Part shown: positions 50,960-63,815 of the stretch, one piece after another
How positions within the stretch are numbered: position 1 is the stretch's first letter
Layout: the number at the start of each line of letters is the position of its first letter
Source of the DNA: Lama glama
Taxonomy: Eukaryota
Length of the DNA stretch: 64,000 nucleotides
Direction of reading: 5' to 3'
Assembly (NCBI GenBank): GCA_028534125.1
Contig: CM052818.1
Location: 37,078,001-37,142,000, forward strand
The notes under the pieces: generated by a model
The model's database searches: none
What the model saw: the letters and a program-made list of their open reading frames with translations, nothing else
What the model was told of the DNA's origin: nothing
Program-made: the position numbers and the translations under genes

Positions 50960-51780
50960 AGGATACTTACTTAATCTCGAAGCGTCTCCACTTGTGAGTT
51001 ACAAAGGGAAAAATAGCAGTTTTATGACAGATGCCCCCTTTAACTAAATGATCAAAATTATCACCATTTATGGGACAAATGAACATATGCCTCCTGATAC
51101 CATACCCTGAGGAAGACACATCACCTTTGCGACATTCCTGCCCAAAAACGTGCCATCCAAATGCAGGCATGATGACGTATCAGACAAGACTGAGTTACTC
51201 CATGATATAACTGGCTTGCTCTCTCAAAAAGTGAAGGTCAGAAAAAGCAAACAGACGGAGGTACCGTTCCAGATTAAAGGAGACCAAACAGGCGTGACAA
51301 CCGTATGCAATGTGTGATCTTGGACTGGATCCTGGACTAGAATTTTCTTTTGATCGTTCTTCCTTTTTTAGTTACATCATTTAAAAAAAATATGTAAGGG
51401 CTATTCTTGGGACAATGGACAAAAGTTGAATAAGATCTACCGATGAGATAATATTAAATATTATTTTTCTGATCTTGATTATGTTACCCTATGTATGTGA
51501 AAGAGCACCCCAAAAAAATCACACTGAAGTTTCAGGCATAAACGGGGATCATCAGTCAGCAACTTCCTCTCAAATGATCAAATATATGTATGCATTTAAT
51601 TATATATAATTTGAATATATATGATTTAAGTGTGTATAATTTAAATACATAATAAGTCTTTCGTATGTATAAAGTGATAAAATTTTAACAGTTGCAGAAG
51701 ATCTGGAAGAAGGGTATCTGGAGTCCTTTTTATTATTCTTGCAAGTTTTCTGTACATTTGAAACCATTTTAAAATAAATA
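50960..51780 (+). mobile_element. L1MC4-like LINE-1 3' UTR
   Basis: 'ttacaaagggaaaaatag', 'gttccagattaaaggagac…gtgacaac…tgcaatgtgtgatcttggactggatcctggac', 'tattcttgcaagttttctgtacatttgaaa'. Confidence 0.8.
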
Positions 51781-54467
51781 CTGACAACCTACCAAAGACT
51801 GACAGATCTAATTAGCTGGTTTTAAGGGCTCCTTGGCTAACAGGCTGCTGGTCCACCTGTAGGTGGGAGGAGCCTTTGTTGACTCCAGAGTAAACTTCAA
51901 TCAAATGTTGCTTTGCATTTTCACAGACAATATTTGCCATTTCCAGGACACCTTCTTCTTAGTTGACTTATTTTGTAGACTCACTGGCAAGGTCCTGTCT
52001 CCAAATTTTATTGTTCTAGAATTCCTTGTTGGCACAGAGAAACGAATGGTATTCTAAGAAGTATTTAAGTATTTCTCACCTTAAAATATCCTACTTAATT
52101 ATTAGCATCTTCCCCTGCCTCCATATTACCGTTATTTATATCTCACTGGGAGGGCTTCCGCAGGCATCTTTCTGTTGCCTTTCATCACCTCTTTTTGATA
52201 TATTTTCCTCTGCTTTTTCCTTCCAGTTTTTGTATTTTATTTTATGCCGACAGTTTTATAAGGAATGGTTTTAATAGGTACGTGTTGTAAAATGGAAATA
52301 TTTTACTAGGATATTACATAAAATACACAGGAGAAACTAGGGTATAAATTATATTTTTTATCATAAGATTTTACTGCAAATAAGTTCGCATATACAATCT
52401 TTTATTTATGATAAGAGCAAATTCTTTTTTACTTATAGCTGCTTTTGAATTTGGTGCTTCAGTAAGGAAGCTTATGTGTAGCTACATAAAAGAAGGTTCT
52501 ATTTTGATGAGAAATGAATCTCTTATTTTGGGAATGTTATTTTTCCTGTTGACTTTTAGAGGGAGGGAAAAGCGGAGACTTTGGTTGCTGAGGGATGGGG
52601 GAAGTGTCAGCCTCCAATTGTAAGGAAGGACTACGCTGTTTCCTTATACTTGCTAAGGGGTGTATGTCATCAGCCCTCAGTAGAGCCTCAATGCCAGGGT
52701 AGCCCCACTACTTCCACCCAACCTCCCCTCTCAGGATCCAGCCTTTCCGTTCACTCCAGAAAATCTGCTCCTTGGCCGAGACCCCGGGATATCTCCATCA
52801 AACAGGCTTCTCCTGCTTATGGAAGCAAGTGGGATTAAAACATATGAACAGGACCCATTGTTTGTAAACAATAATGCAGTTGTCTGTGTGACCCTCCTCC
52901 AGGATGAAGAGAGATCTTCCAGGAAGGGGAACTTCTACCACAAGCAAGATCACAAAATGACTCTAAATTTTTTCCTTAAAATTATTCCTTGCCTGGAAAT
53001 TATACTTTCTTATTTGCTATAATTTCATTGAAACATGTGAATAATTCTGACTCTTTGGGTCCCAGGCAATACTTGGGTGCCACAGTGTACTTACCCTTTC
53101 TGCCCCCAGGGAGACAATGCAAAAGCCAGACTGATTCTATAAAGTAGAGCCGTGGTTTTGCTCAGACTAGCTGAGCTCCTTTGCGAGCAAACACCCTCTC
53201 ATCTGCATCCAACATGTTTAGAACTTGAGAGGCTGGATTGCTTGGACAATTGAGGAATCCCCCTCATCATTAGTCACCTTTAGACAAAGGGCAAGGACAG
53301 TACAGGTAGATCCTGGCACCTGGGCCCTGCATTTGACTCGGAATCCAAGATAGGGAAACTGCGTAGACTGTCTCTGTTTCTTGCTGACTTGCAATTTCTA
53401 TCTTATTGAAATAGGAAATTAAAGGAAATGCAGTCTTGCCCCTTGAGAGGAGGTGTTCCTATTTTGGCAGGCCATGAAATATGTCCTATTGGAAACTGAA
53501 ACTCAACAAATAAGACACTTTCATTTAATGGTCTTATACACCAACGTTTATTGAGTCCTCTGTACATTACAGGCTTATATTCCTTCCCAAAGCATCTCTT
53601 CCTTTTGATTTCCCGTTTCTGTTAATGGCACCATCACTTTTCCTGTTCCTTGGGTGAAATTAAACAACAGCACGTTTTGAAATGCAAAAATTCAGAGAAA
53701 GGATTTTTAAGAGAGCCAGTAGGTAGACTTATTTGAGTTTTAATTTGCCTCTTTTTTTTTTCCTTTGTCAATCACTTTTTGTTTCTTCCCCTCTCATTTC
53801 CCTTTTACATCCTTTCTCTTGCCTTTCAGTCCTACTCTTTTAATAAATTCTTTGCGTGAGGAGGAGGGCTTACTTAAAGCTCCATCTCTGAAAGTCATTT
53901 CTATGAAACAGTACTGGCGAGTTCTGGTTTTGTTTATTTTTCAGACAGAATTAAGGTTTTGTGCAAGTCCTCTTTATGTACTGCAGCTTGACACAAAAGA
54001 AAACTGGCATTTCTTCTCCTTTTTACTTCTCTGTTTTTCTGGCCTGCTGATGTGCAAACAGTTTACACCAGGAATATTCAGTAGCTAATTGGTTAAGACC
54101 TCTGTTTTCTGGGTTCTAGTTGGTTGATACCTTGATGTTTTTGGGGGCTCTGAGGCGGAAGAATGCTGAGTTAGCCTTTCATGAACAAAAGTCGTGGTAA
54201 ACAATTTAAGAATACTATGCAAGGGGAAAATCAATTTTAAAATTTGCAGAATTCGGTTTCTCTAATACATCGACCTTTGCTATTGTCAGGTTCGCAAGCA
54301 GTCTGTCAAATACGCACACACAGTTTTGACTGAGTTGTAATCAGTGTGCAGATGTATTTTTACATGCTGCTTTTATTCTATTTGTTGTAAACACTTAACC
54401 ATCTTGCCACATAATCTTATTTTTTAACAATTGAGCATCTATGTTTAACTATGTTAAAAAAAAGAGA

Positions 54468-54735
54468 GTGAGGCAGTATGTTAGGTATATGTGGAATCTG
54501 GAATCAGTTAGACCAGGGTTCAAGTCTTGGCTATACCATTTGCTCACTTTGTGCCTTGGGCAAGTTACTCAACATCTTTGAGCCTTGGTTTCCTCAAATT
54601 TTAAACTGAGACTAATTAACAACCTACTATCAGGGTTGTAAATTTTAAATGAGATAGGAAGGTAACATGCTGAATGAATAACACAATTCTTGGCATATAA
54701 TAAGCATGAAGTAAATGCTGGTGAATAAGATGCGG
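54468..54735 (+). mobile_element. MIR SINE, near full length
   Basis: 'gaggcagtatg…tctggaatcagttagaccagggttcaagtcttggct…tgccttgggcaagttactcaac…agccttggtttcctca…taaatgagata'. Confidence 0.85.
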
Positions 54736-54744
54736 ATAGGATTG

Positions 54745-55420
54745 GTTATGGCGATGTGCCCACGACCTCAAGAAGTTTAATAGAGATGTAAGTAAAAACA
54801 CATGCAATAAGGAACGATAGAAGCTGTGATACACATCCATACAGGGTTCACTGACGGTCCCAAGGAAAGCATAGTTAATTTCACTTGGGGATGAAAGTGT
54901 AGAAAATGAAGAGAAGATTTGCAAAGAGGCAGTGAGTAAGCTCAGTTCTGAAGGCAAACTGGCACCGCCCAGATACGACCTCCGCTAATTTTAAAGACGC
55001 GTGAGCAAAGCCCAGCCAACGTTCTCAGCTGGGTTGTGAAGGATGAGAAGGATTTTAACCAAGCGGAAATGAAGGAAGGATATCCCAAGTAGAGGCTGCA
55101 CTTCTACCTGTGACACAAGCAAGGACGTTAGGTTATGGGTGTTTATTCAGGAAATGAATGTGTTTATGTTGCATCTAACGCACGAGAAGCACAGGCCTGC
55201 AGGTGGGGCAGGTGCAAGAAATGAGCCTCCAAAGCTTGCAGAGGCCATAGGGGCCTCTCTCTGAGAACTTGGAACTCCACCAGGCAGGCGATGGCAGTGC
55301 CATACTTGTAAGACCCATCTGGGGGCAGAGTGGAGCCTGGATGGGAGAGGACAAAGCTGGAGGCAAGGAACAAGTCTACTGCAGTGGTCCAGACCAGAGT
55401 GGGTAGACTGAGCTATCACG
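54745..55420 (-). mobile_element. LINE-2 fragments
   Basis: 'gacctcaagaagtttaata', 'tgaaggatgagaaggattttaaccaag', 'agctggaggcaagga…ctactgcagtggtccag'. Confidence 0.55.
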
Positions 55421-56029
55421 AAAATACTCCACCGTACAACATAAACATCCTCTCGTTTGTGGGCACTTAATTTTGCACTCTTGCTGTTCTGAATATTGCT
55501 ATGCTATGCGTCTTTATCTATAGAAATACATTTCCTTCAGATATTTCCTTTAAGGTGAAAGGCACAAACGTCTGTGTGACTCTTGACAGGACACGTCACC
55601 ATTTGTTTCAAATGGGTTTTCTAAGTGATATTTTCACCAGGGTCCAAGCCTGTGTGGCCTTTACAGCACATTGGTAACACTGGGTCCTGCCATTCATTTC
55701 TTTGTGATTTTAGAAGATGAAAAGCCATTGTTTTCATTTGCCTTTTCTTGATATCTACAGAAGTTAAATGTTTTCCCCCATTTGCCGTCTAATTACGGGT
55801 CCTCACTCATGAATTGCATGTCCCATCCTTTGCCCAGTTGATAAGCAATTGTGTTAAACCCTTTTTTTGGACTGGCCTCTCTTCTGGCAACTCTCCACAT
55901 GCACATTTCCCTACAGGCTCTCTTTCTAATTTCTTTTCTCTTTGATCTATTGAAACCAAATCCTTTTTCTAGCTCCATATTACAATAGACATAACAATTC
56001 TAATTGCTCTATTGATTCATGGCCACTAC

Positions 56030-56190
56030 AGTGGTGGGCACATTAGGAAGAACAAGATTTTGCTGTGAGAGACCAGAGTTTAAAAGGCTGGCTTCATGCT
56101 TTCTAGCTGTGTGGTTCAGTGCAAGCATCTTAATCTCTCTGACCTGGTTTGCTTACCTGTGAAATGGGGGTGTGGACTATGTTGGGATGG
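56030..56190 (+). mobile_element. MIR SINE
   Basis: 'tctagctgtgtggttcagtgcaagcatcttaatctctctg…acctgtgaaatgggg'. Confidence 0.6.
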
Positions 56191-57896
56191 ATTAGAAACT
56201 GTATTTGGCCATAGCAGCAGAGACCCAAGTGCAGTGGCTTAAAAAGTAGTAGTCTGTTCTTTTATGTTATTTTGGAAGTGAGGAGCCCAGGGCTGGTATA
56301 GCAGTTCTGTAAGTCTTCCCCACTGCCTGCAGTGCAGTTGTGGGATTAAATTCTGAGATTGGAGAGCATTATTCCTTAAAGACTAGGGAAGCAATTGGAT
56401 AGTGGCAAATTTGAACCTATTCACTTACTCCTTGAACAAATATTTGTTAAGTCCTGTTGTATGCTGAACCCCAAGATTTTTCTAATGGGAAATATACCTG
56501 CTAAGTCAAGTGAGAGAGTCTTGGTTATTATATTGATGTCTAAATCATGGAGAATGATTATCTCCTTCTTTAGGAAGACCCAGACGTGGAATCTCTGAAT
56601 TCCAAGGTGACTCTGTGGCCTTCTACACACTTGCCCCAAGTATCCTTACAAAAGTCTACCATCCCAGAAAAGGCATCCCTGTAGACTCGCCAAATACAGT
56701 CCCACAAATAGGCTCTCAGGGGTATTCAAAGGATAAATTAATATCTTCAACACTTGATCAAGTAAGTAATGGATGTCTCCTTTTTGGACCTATGCATTCT
56801 GTTGGTTAGAAGAATCAGCTTCATGCCAGTCAGTTTTTTTTTTTTAAGTGATGGCCACGTGCTTCATACAGATGGTTCCGGAGAATCACAAGACCGTTTC
56901 ACAGTGAGGTCTCACAGATCCCCTGCCAGCTCAGAGAACATAGAATCCTCTGGTTCCCCTGATATGTTTTATTATTATTATTACCAGTAGAATCATCACA
57001 ATTCTATTTCTGTCAAAATGTATTCATTACAAATGAAATTTCTGTTCAGATCTCATAGTTCATGCCTGAAAGCAAAGATATTAGAATTAATGAGCATTTT
57101 TGCTGATGAGAAGAAAAATCACTGAAGGGTGATTGGACTTTAGCCTTTTAATGAGTCTGATATTCTTCTTTTATTAGGGTTGACAAGGGCATTTCTGGCT
57201 CCCGTATGCCGTGTGCCATGGTTTTAAAATATACTTTATGTGACAAGAAGCTAGGTTTTCTTTCACGATAGAATAGCCCAGTGTCATGAGCACATGTAAA
57301 CAGAATTCTATGGAATGGTGAATCTGGGCAGAGGGAGGGTGACAATGTTAACCTTATTAGCAGGTGATGGAAGGGCTTGGAATGGTTTATTAAAATGTTG
57401 GTATAATTTGATTTTAATTTTTCTTTCCTGCAGTGGGCAACAAGGATTTACAAAGAGCAAGCCCACTCTTGAAAGAAGTGAAGATGCGCCCTGAAGACAA
57501 CCAGGGCATGCAATACATCCTTGAACAGATTCTACCAGTGGTGCAAATGGCTGTGAATGGGCACTCGAACTGGCTGTAACAGAGAGGGGGTCAAGTGTTG
57601 ACTCAGTGGAAGCATGATTCAGAGACTTCAGGGTCTTGGAAGCTTGAGCTTTCTTATTGATGGAGTTGGAGAGAGTTTTCAACTAAAGATAGGCATTCAA
57701 TTTTTTGATCTGCAAGGCCATGAAGTTACAGAAACCAGGGTAAAGAACTGAGGGATCAGTTTTAACAGGTTCTGTCACCATTTTGTGGACATACTCTTCA
57801 GACGGAGAGGATGCAGGGCTGACGAGGGCGTAGTTAGAGGTAGGGTACCTCTTAGGTTTGCTAGCATATTTCTGTTAGATGGGTACAGACTTCCAT

Positions 57897-58700
57897 GTGA
57901 ACCTAATTGGCCTCTCTGAACTGGTTTTATTCACACTCCACAAAACGGGTGGCTTTTTTTTTTTTAAAGTTTTTCCCCCAACACCAACCAATGCTTCAAT
58001 TCTCTGGACATCAACTGAGACATCGCCTACCATTCAATTTAATCTGACACTAAGTACCCAGATTAAGGGCTCCATCTTATAAGACTGCTTCCATGCCAGT
58101 CACAGGTCTCAGATTGACACGTGTATTTCTGACCAACTGGCTATAAAATCTGGGACTCCCTCTTCAGGTTTGATAATTTGCCAAAACACATCACAAACCT
58201 TAGGAAAACATTTAACTGATGTTTACTGGTCTAATAGAAAGGACATTATGAAAGATACAAATGAACAGCCAAATGAAGAGGTACACAGGGTGAGATCCAG
58301 AAGGGCCTTTAGCGCTGGAGCTTCTGTCCTGCAGAAGTGGGGTGTGCCACTTTCCCAGCACAAGGGTGCATTCATCAACCTAGAAACTCTTTAAACCCTT
58401 GCTTTATGTAGGCATGATGGGTTAAATCATTGGCATTAGTGATTGGACTCGATCTCTAGCCCTTCTCCCCTCCCCAGAAGTTAGGAGATGGGACTGAAAG
58501 TTCTAAGTTTCTCATTAAGGCTTGATCTTTCTTATGAACAACCTCCATCCTGAAGCTATCCAGGGGCCCCCAGAACCAGTCATCTCACTAGCGTGTGAAA
58601 GACACTCATTACTCTGAGGTTTTCAAGGGCTTTATTTTAGGAGATGTATGCCAGGAATCTAGGACAGAGACCAAATATTTATTTATTTTATTATATCACA
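57897..58700 (-). mobile_element. MER21-like solo LTR
   Basis: Right end 'agagaccaaatatttatttattttattatatcaca' is the reverse complement of the recalled MER21 start (TGTGATATAATAAG…TTTGGTCTCT). Also 'gatacaaatgaacagccaaatgaagaggtacacagggtgag' and 'ccatcctgaagctatccagggg'. Confidence 0.85.
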
Positions 58701-58869
58701 GCCTCATTGGCCAAGGGACCGGGAAAAGTGGGGCTGAAGTGGGGAGTCACTTGGGGAAGATGCCATCTGCATCTGAACACAGGGTCACAGGCTAGGCTGT
58801 GCTGTTAGGGTCGGATTGTCACACCCATGTCCTCACCATCTTTTACCATCAGTGTCCACCATCTGGTGT

Positions 58870-59450
58870 GTGCCAAGCATTTTCTGGGGGTAGTGTGATG
58901 GATACATAGGTCACCTAGACATTTTTTGCATCACCAAGGAGCTCACAATATCAGAGGAAATGCATGTAAGCAACTGTCCATAATACATTATGGAAAGCCA
59001 CATTCAGAGGCTTGGGAAAGTGCTACGGGGACACAGAGGAGAGAGCCATTAATTATGCCAAGAGGTTCGGGTAAGTTGTCCCAGGGGACATTGCATTGTC
59101 AGCTGGGCTGTGAAAGATAAGCCAGGATATTATCAATGGAGACGAAGGAAGTATATTCCAGGTAGAGGATACAACATAAGCAGAGACATTGAGTTGCAGG
59201 TGTTTATTCAGGGAACAGTGAACTGATCAGCATGGTTATAGCATAAGGAGTCTAACCAGGAGCCATCAGAATGGCCAACACTAATCAAACATTTATTAAA
59301 TGCCAGGGACTTTTTTTGTGCATGTGAATTTATTTAATCCTAAGAACAATCCCAGGAGGTAGTTACCTATGTTTTCCAGAGGAAGACATAGAGGCTTAGA
59401 GAGGAAATTGCCTAAGGTTGTTAATAACCTGGAGCCAGGACTGCAGAGCA
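58870..59450 (-). mobile_element. L2 fragment (58870-59270) followed by MIR (59280-59450)
   Basis: 'caaggagctcacaat…agctgggctgtgaaagata…tattccaggtagagg'; 'catttattaaatgccagg…tttaatcctaagaacaatcc'. Confidence 0.55.
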
Positions 59451-59529
59451 AACAGGATGACTACGATTGACCAGCAAGGCAGAGCGTAGGCCTGTCTATC
59501 TCAAGCCACAGGCTGATTTTTAGTCTTTG

Positions 59530-59786
59530 TCCGTCTCAGAGTCCCCTGATGCAGGTTGTGCAGCAAGATCCATTTGGATGCAGGAAGCATATTCTCAAAT
59601 TTTCTATTTGTTTTGGTCTCATCTTTTGATGATAACTTCTAGTGTGTTTCATAGTGTACCCACCGTGTTAGAGCATTAGAGCAGGTATATAATTTATAAA
59701 TATATAGGCATGTATATTTTGGGGGGTTGTACTAAAATATTTTTTCCTGGAAGAACTGCAAATCAAACAAGTTTAAAGACCAATGG
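59530..59786. mobile_element. hAT-Charlie MITE (MER113-like)
   Basis: 'caagatccatttggatgcaggaag…atataatttataaatata…aatcaaacaagtttaaagaccaatg'. Confidence 0.5.
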
Positions 59787-59793
59787 TCCAGGC

Positions 59794-59960
59794 CAGTCAT
59801 TTTCAAGTGTGGTTTCTTGACCAGCAGCAACAGTGTCACCTGGAAATTGGATAGAAATGTGAGTTTCCAGGCCTTATTACAGACTTAGTGGATCAAATAC
59901 TCTGAGAGTCGGGGCCAGCAATCTGTGTTTTCATGAGTCACCCAGGTCAGAATCATGGGT
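59794..59960. mobile_element. MER5A-like MITE
   Basis: 'tcaagtgtggtttcttgaccagcagcaacagtgtcacctggaaattggatagaaatg…gggccagcaatctgtgtttt'. Confidence 0.8.
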
Positions 59961-60701
59961 CTAGGCAATACAGTTTTTAAGGTGGAAAGTGAGATGGCTT
60001 AATTTGAGTTCTAGAAAGAAAGATCATTCTAGTTGGATTGAAAACAATGAGATACTAGAAATGAGGAATTCTTTAAATGAGTATTAAAATGGTCATGGCA
60101 AGAATTGAGCAGGGCCTGAGTCAAGTAAGAGAAGTGGATTTCAGAAAAATTTAAAGGGACAAATTAAATATGAATGAATTTGGGGGGTGAGAGAGAAAGA
60201 TTTAAATCCAGATATGGCACCGAATATTCTAACGTGCAAAATTGCTGTCACCATGTGTGCCTAGGTGTTAGTGTGGGTCACAGCCTATGACAGCAGGAAC
60301 TGATCCTGAATGACCCTGTTTAATTTGAAGTGTGTGAAGGATATCTAGGAAGAGTAGGCAGTTGGCAACTTAGACTTTCAAATTCAAAAGGGACATGAAA
60401 TTTGGAAATTTATATGTTAGAGTAAGAACAGCGCATGTGTAGCAATAGGAACACTGGACATGGATAAAATGAGGAAGTTCTATCTTCTCTATATTGAAGG
60501 ATGAGGCAAAATCATCTATGAAGAATGCAGAAGTGAGATAAGAGCCTAAGTCAGGGACAAGTATTCAGAGCAACAAATGTCGGAAAGAGGAAGAGAAAGC
60601 AAAGCATGAAAGAAAACTAACTTACTGGCATGTTGACCTTTGAGACTGCGCTGGGCCCATGGCAGGTGCTTGACGTGTGCTGGCTGCCTGGACAGTCCAG
60701 T

Positions 60702-61217
60702 GAGGGGTTTTTACCCTTTTGGTGCCATAGATTCCTTCTCTAGACTTAAGGAAGGCTACAGATCATTTTTCAGAACAATTTTTTTAAAATACATAAATTA
60801 AAAATGAAACTGATTATAAGAAAATATTACCAAAATATCAAAAATAAATTTGGGATACAGCAGAATACATATTATAATAATATGTATATATAAACATGGA
60901 TATATTTATCTTATTAAACAATGACTCTATCCCTGAGGTTAATAACCCTAAATTCAAAGTTGTGATGAGCATAAGTGATAATTTGAGATACTTCCAACAA
61001 CTGTTATGTGGTATGAAAATATCGGTGATTTCTGCTGGTGGCAAAAATCACAGATACTGCTAATACTTTTCTGGTTTGCTACCTGCATTCATAATTGAAG
61101 TTAAATTCAGTTAAAGGTCCAGGAAAATAAATACATCACCTTTTCCTATGAAAGTAGGCAAACCCCTTGAACTCTATCCGTGGACTCCTTGAGGGTACAT
61201 AGAGTTAAGAACTCCTG
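60702..61217 (+). mobile_element. hAT-Charlie element (MER119-like), copy 3, near full length
   Basis: Imperfect TIRs gaggggtttttacc / agttaagaactcctg. Body 'tgtgatgagcataa…caacaactgttatgtggtatgaaaatatcggtgatttctgctggtggcaaaaatcacagatactgctaatact' is shared with copies 1 and 2. Confidence 0.75.
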
Positions 61218-61249
61218 TGTTAAATGAATAGGCAGAAGTATATGCATTT

Positions 61250-61274
61250 ACACACACACACACACACACACACA
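61250..61274. repeat. (AC)n microsatellite
   Basis: Seen directly. Confidence 0.95.
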
Positions 61275-61540
61275 GAGGCACCGATTTGTTTGCAGATAGG
61301 AATTCATTTTCTGGATCAATTTTCATATGCCTTGTTCAAGGGAAATCTTGTTTGAAAGACTTAGCTATTTCAGATATTAAGTAATTTGGGTGCATTTAGC
61401 TAGCCCCTATGGAGAGTCATGGAGGAGAAATCAGTTTGTCTCTCTATGAAAACATTAACCTTGCTAACCCATCTTCAGCCAGAAGGCTGGTTAGTGTGTC
61501 CTGACAATAATTCTGATGTTTGAGTCAGAAGCGACAGAAT

Positions 61541-61593
61541 GTGTAATCTTACTATCTATAGATCATCTTAGTGTCATCTTACTATCTATAGAT
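61541..61593. repeat. 23-bp direct repeat at 30-bp period, each copy ending in the palindrome ATCTATAGAT
   Basis: gtgtaatcttactatctatagat (61541-61563) and gtgtcatcttactatctatagat (61571-61593). Confidence 0.9.
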
Positions 61594-61741
61594 GGCTTTA
61601 TACATACAAGGATCTCAGCTTAATAAAAATAATTATGTGTTATTTTGCTCATGTTGTTAAAACTTGAAGAAACTTAGAGGTAAGATTCAAATCTCATATT
61701 TTGTGGATGAGGAAACCAAGACACAGAAAGAGAAAGAGACC

Positions 61742-63815
61742 TTGTTCTGGTTACATACTGCTGCAAAACAACCCTCTCTCCCCAGACATAACAGCTTAAA
61801 TGAAAAATTGTTTGATTTTTTCTTTTCTCACAATTCTGTGGGTCAGGCATTCAGGCAGGACTTAGCTGGGCAATTCTTTTACTCTGCATGGCATTGACTG
61901 AGGTCACTCTGTAATATTCGGCTGGTCGATGGGCTGGTCCTCAGTGTGGACGGTTGGAGGACTGTGCTAAATGGAAATGCCATCTGGAATGCTTGGCTGT
62001 GTCCTCTCCAGCATGCTGGTTCCTGACCCCCAGAAATTGTCGCAAGAGGCCACCCAGGCCAAAGCTTCAAGACTTTTTGTGATCTCGTTTTAAAAAATCC
62101 CAGAATGTCAGTTCTGCTACATTCTATCAAACAAGTCAAGGAGGCCAACTCAGATTAGAAGGGAGGAGCATTAGACTCCACCCTTCTAGGGGAGGAGATC
62201 AAAGAAATTGTGACCATCTTTCATCCATCACAGTCCACAAATTGTTTATATTGCTCCCACATGCAAATACATTTACCATCTCCCAAGACCTTCAAAATTC
62301 TCACCCCATCAGGCTTAAGCTGAGGTCCAAGAGCTTGTTATATTAATAAGCCTAGAAGTTACATACAGCTATGTTGAATTCGTTGTATTAAGAGACAAAT
62401 TATCTTCCTCTTCACAGCCAGCAGATAATGGTGATACAGGAAGAGGATCAACATAACAGACATTCTCCTCCAAACAGGTGAAAATAGGCACAGACCAGGC
62501 ACTGGTCTAGACCAACTCAGAAATCCAACTACTTACAAAAAAGAACTGGGCACATGTTGCCACTACCTTCATTAGGCTCAGCCTTCCTTCCCGGGAATGA
62601 TTCTCCGTGGCTCCTCTTTCTCTTCTTTGGGCTCTTGGTTTTCTCCTCTGAGTCATCTTCCCTTTCATGTAACAAATCACCTGTGCTTGCAGCTGAGCGG
62701 TTTTCTCAGTCTGCTTCCTTTGTGGGTACAAAGGTCCCTTTTCATTTTGGACTGTCTCCATCCAGCTCACTATTTCTGTGGTACAATTCTCTTAAACCTC
62801 TCTTTGTGTGTTTGTGGGATTCTTTTTTTGGGTTAATTCCATTAGAGCAAAATCATACTCACAATTATCTTCCAGATAAGCTCCTCTCTGGCTTACTGTG
62901 ACATAGGGTACTGTGGGACAAAGCCTTTAAGATTCTTGAAGCCTTTTTATCTAGATGAAGGATTTTACAACATTTTACCCTTAAGACTCTTAACAACTTC
63001 TTTCCTACCGAATGGGTCCACTAGGCATTTTCTAAAGATTTTTATCAGTCCTACTAGGCACACCCTTAAATCTTTCTGAGTCTCAACAAAGGTTTTATAG
63101 CAACAACCTTAAGATTTTTACCCTGAGACCATTTCTTACTTAGAGATTATTTCACCATCCATAGATCCTGGGAATGGGAAACATTTTTGTTTTGGAAACA
63201 GGAAGTCTTGGCTTCTTTGTATTTCCTCTAAAATCTGCTTGAAAATTGTACATGTTTAATCTAATTCCTCTCTATGAGCATTTTATCACATAAAGTCAAA
63301 TTTGCTACTTTTCATATTGTCTAGAAGTCCCTCTAGCCTGATCTAAACATCTCATTAGACACTTTTTCTACTTTCTACATTACTACTGTCAATGGTTTCA
63401 CTAAACTTTCTGCTATGACATCTTTTCTCCAGGCTCCAAAAATATTTTCTCCTTTGTCCTTTGACACTTTACCAATAGTGTCCTCTGATCTTTTACCTTT
63501 CATCTACTTCTCCACTCCAAAGCCAATGCCACATGCTTTAGGATTGTGTTCTAATAGCACCCCACTTCAAGCACAAAATTCAGTTTCAGTTCCCTATTAC
63601 TGTGTAACAAGTTACTTCAAAATTCAGTAGTGTCAAATGGTGACTATTTTAATATATACATTGTAATTGTTATATAGCTTATAGTTATATAATTTCAAAG
63701 CAGTGTTCAGCTTCAAAAATTTGAGAAGAGCTCAGCTGGGTGATTCTTCTGTTCCACATGATGTCAACTGGGTCATTCCTATGCAGAGTGTTTAGCTGAC
63801 AGAAGGGCTGGTACT
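61742..63815 (-). mobile_element. MaLR provirus (MLT1G/H-like): 3' LTR 61742-62232, internal region 62233-63580, partial 5' LTR 63581-about 63815
   Basis: Two similar LTR segments ('cttagctgggcaattcttttactctgcatggcattgactgaggtcactc' vs 'ctcagctgggtgattcttctgttccacatgatgtcaactgggtcattc'). They flank MLT-int-like sequence with ends 'gtccac…ctcccacatgcaaaatacatt' and 'aatagcaccccacttcaagcacaaaatt'. Confidence 0.8.
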
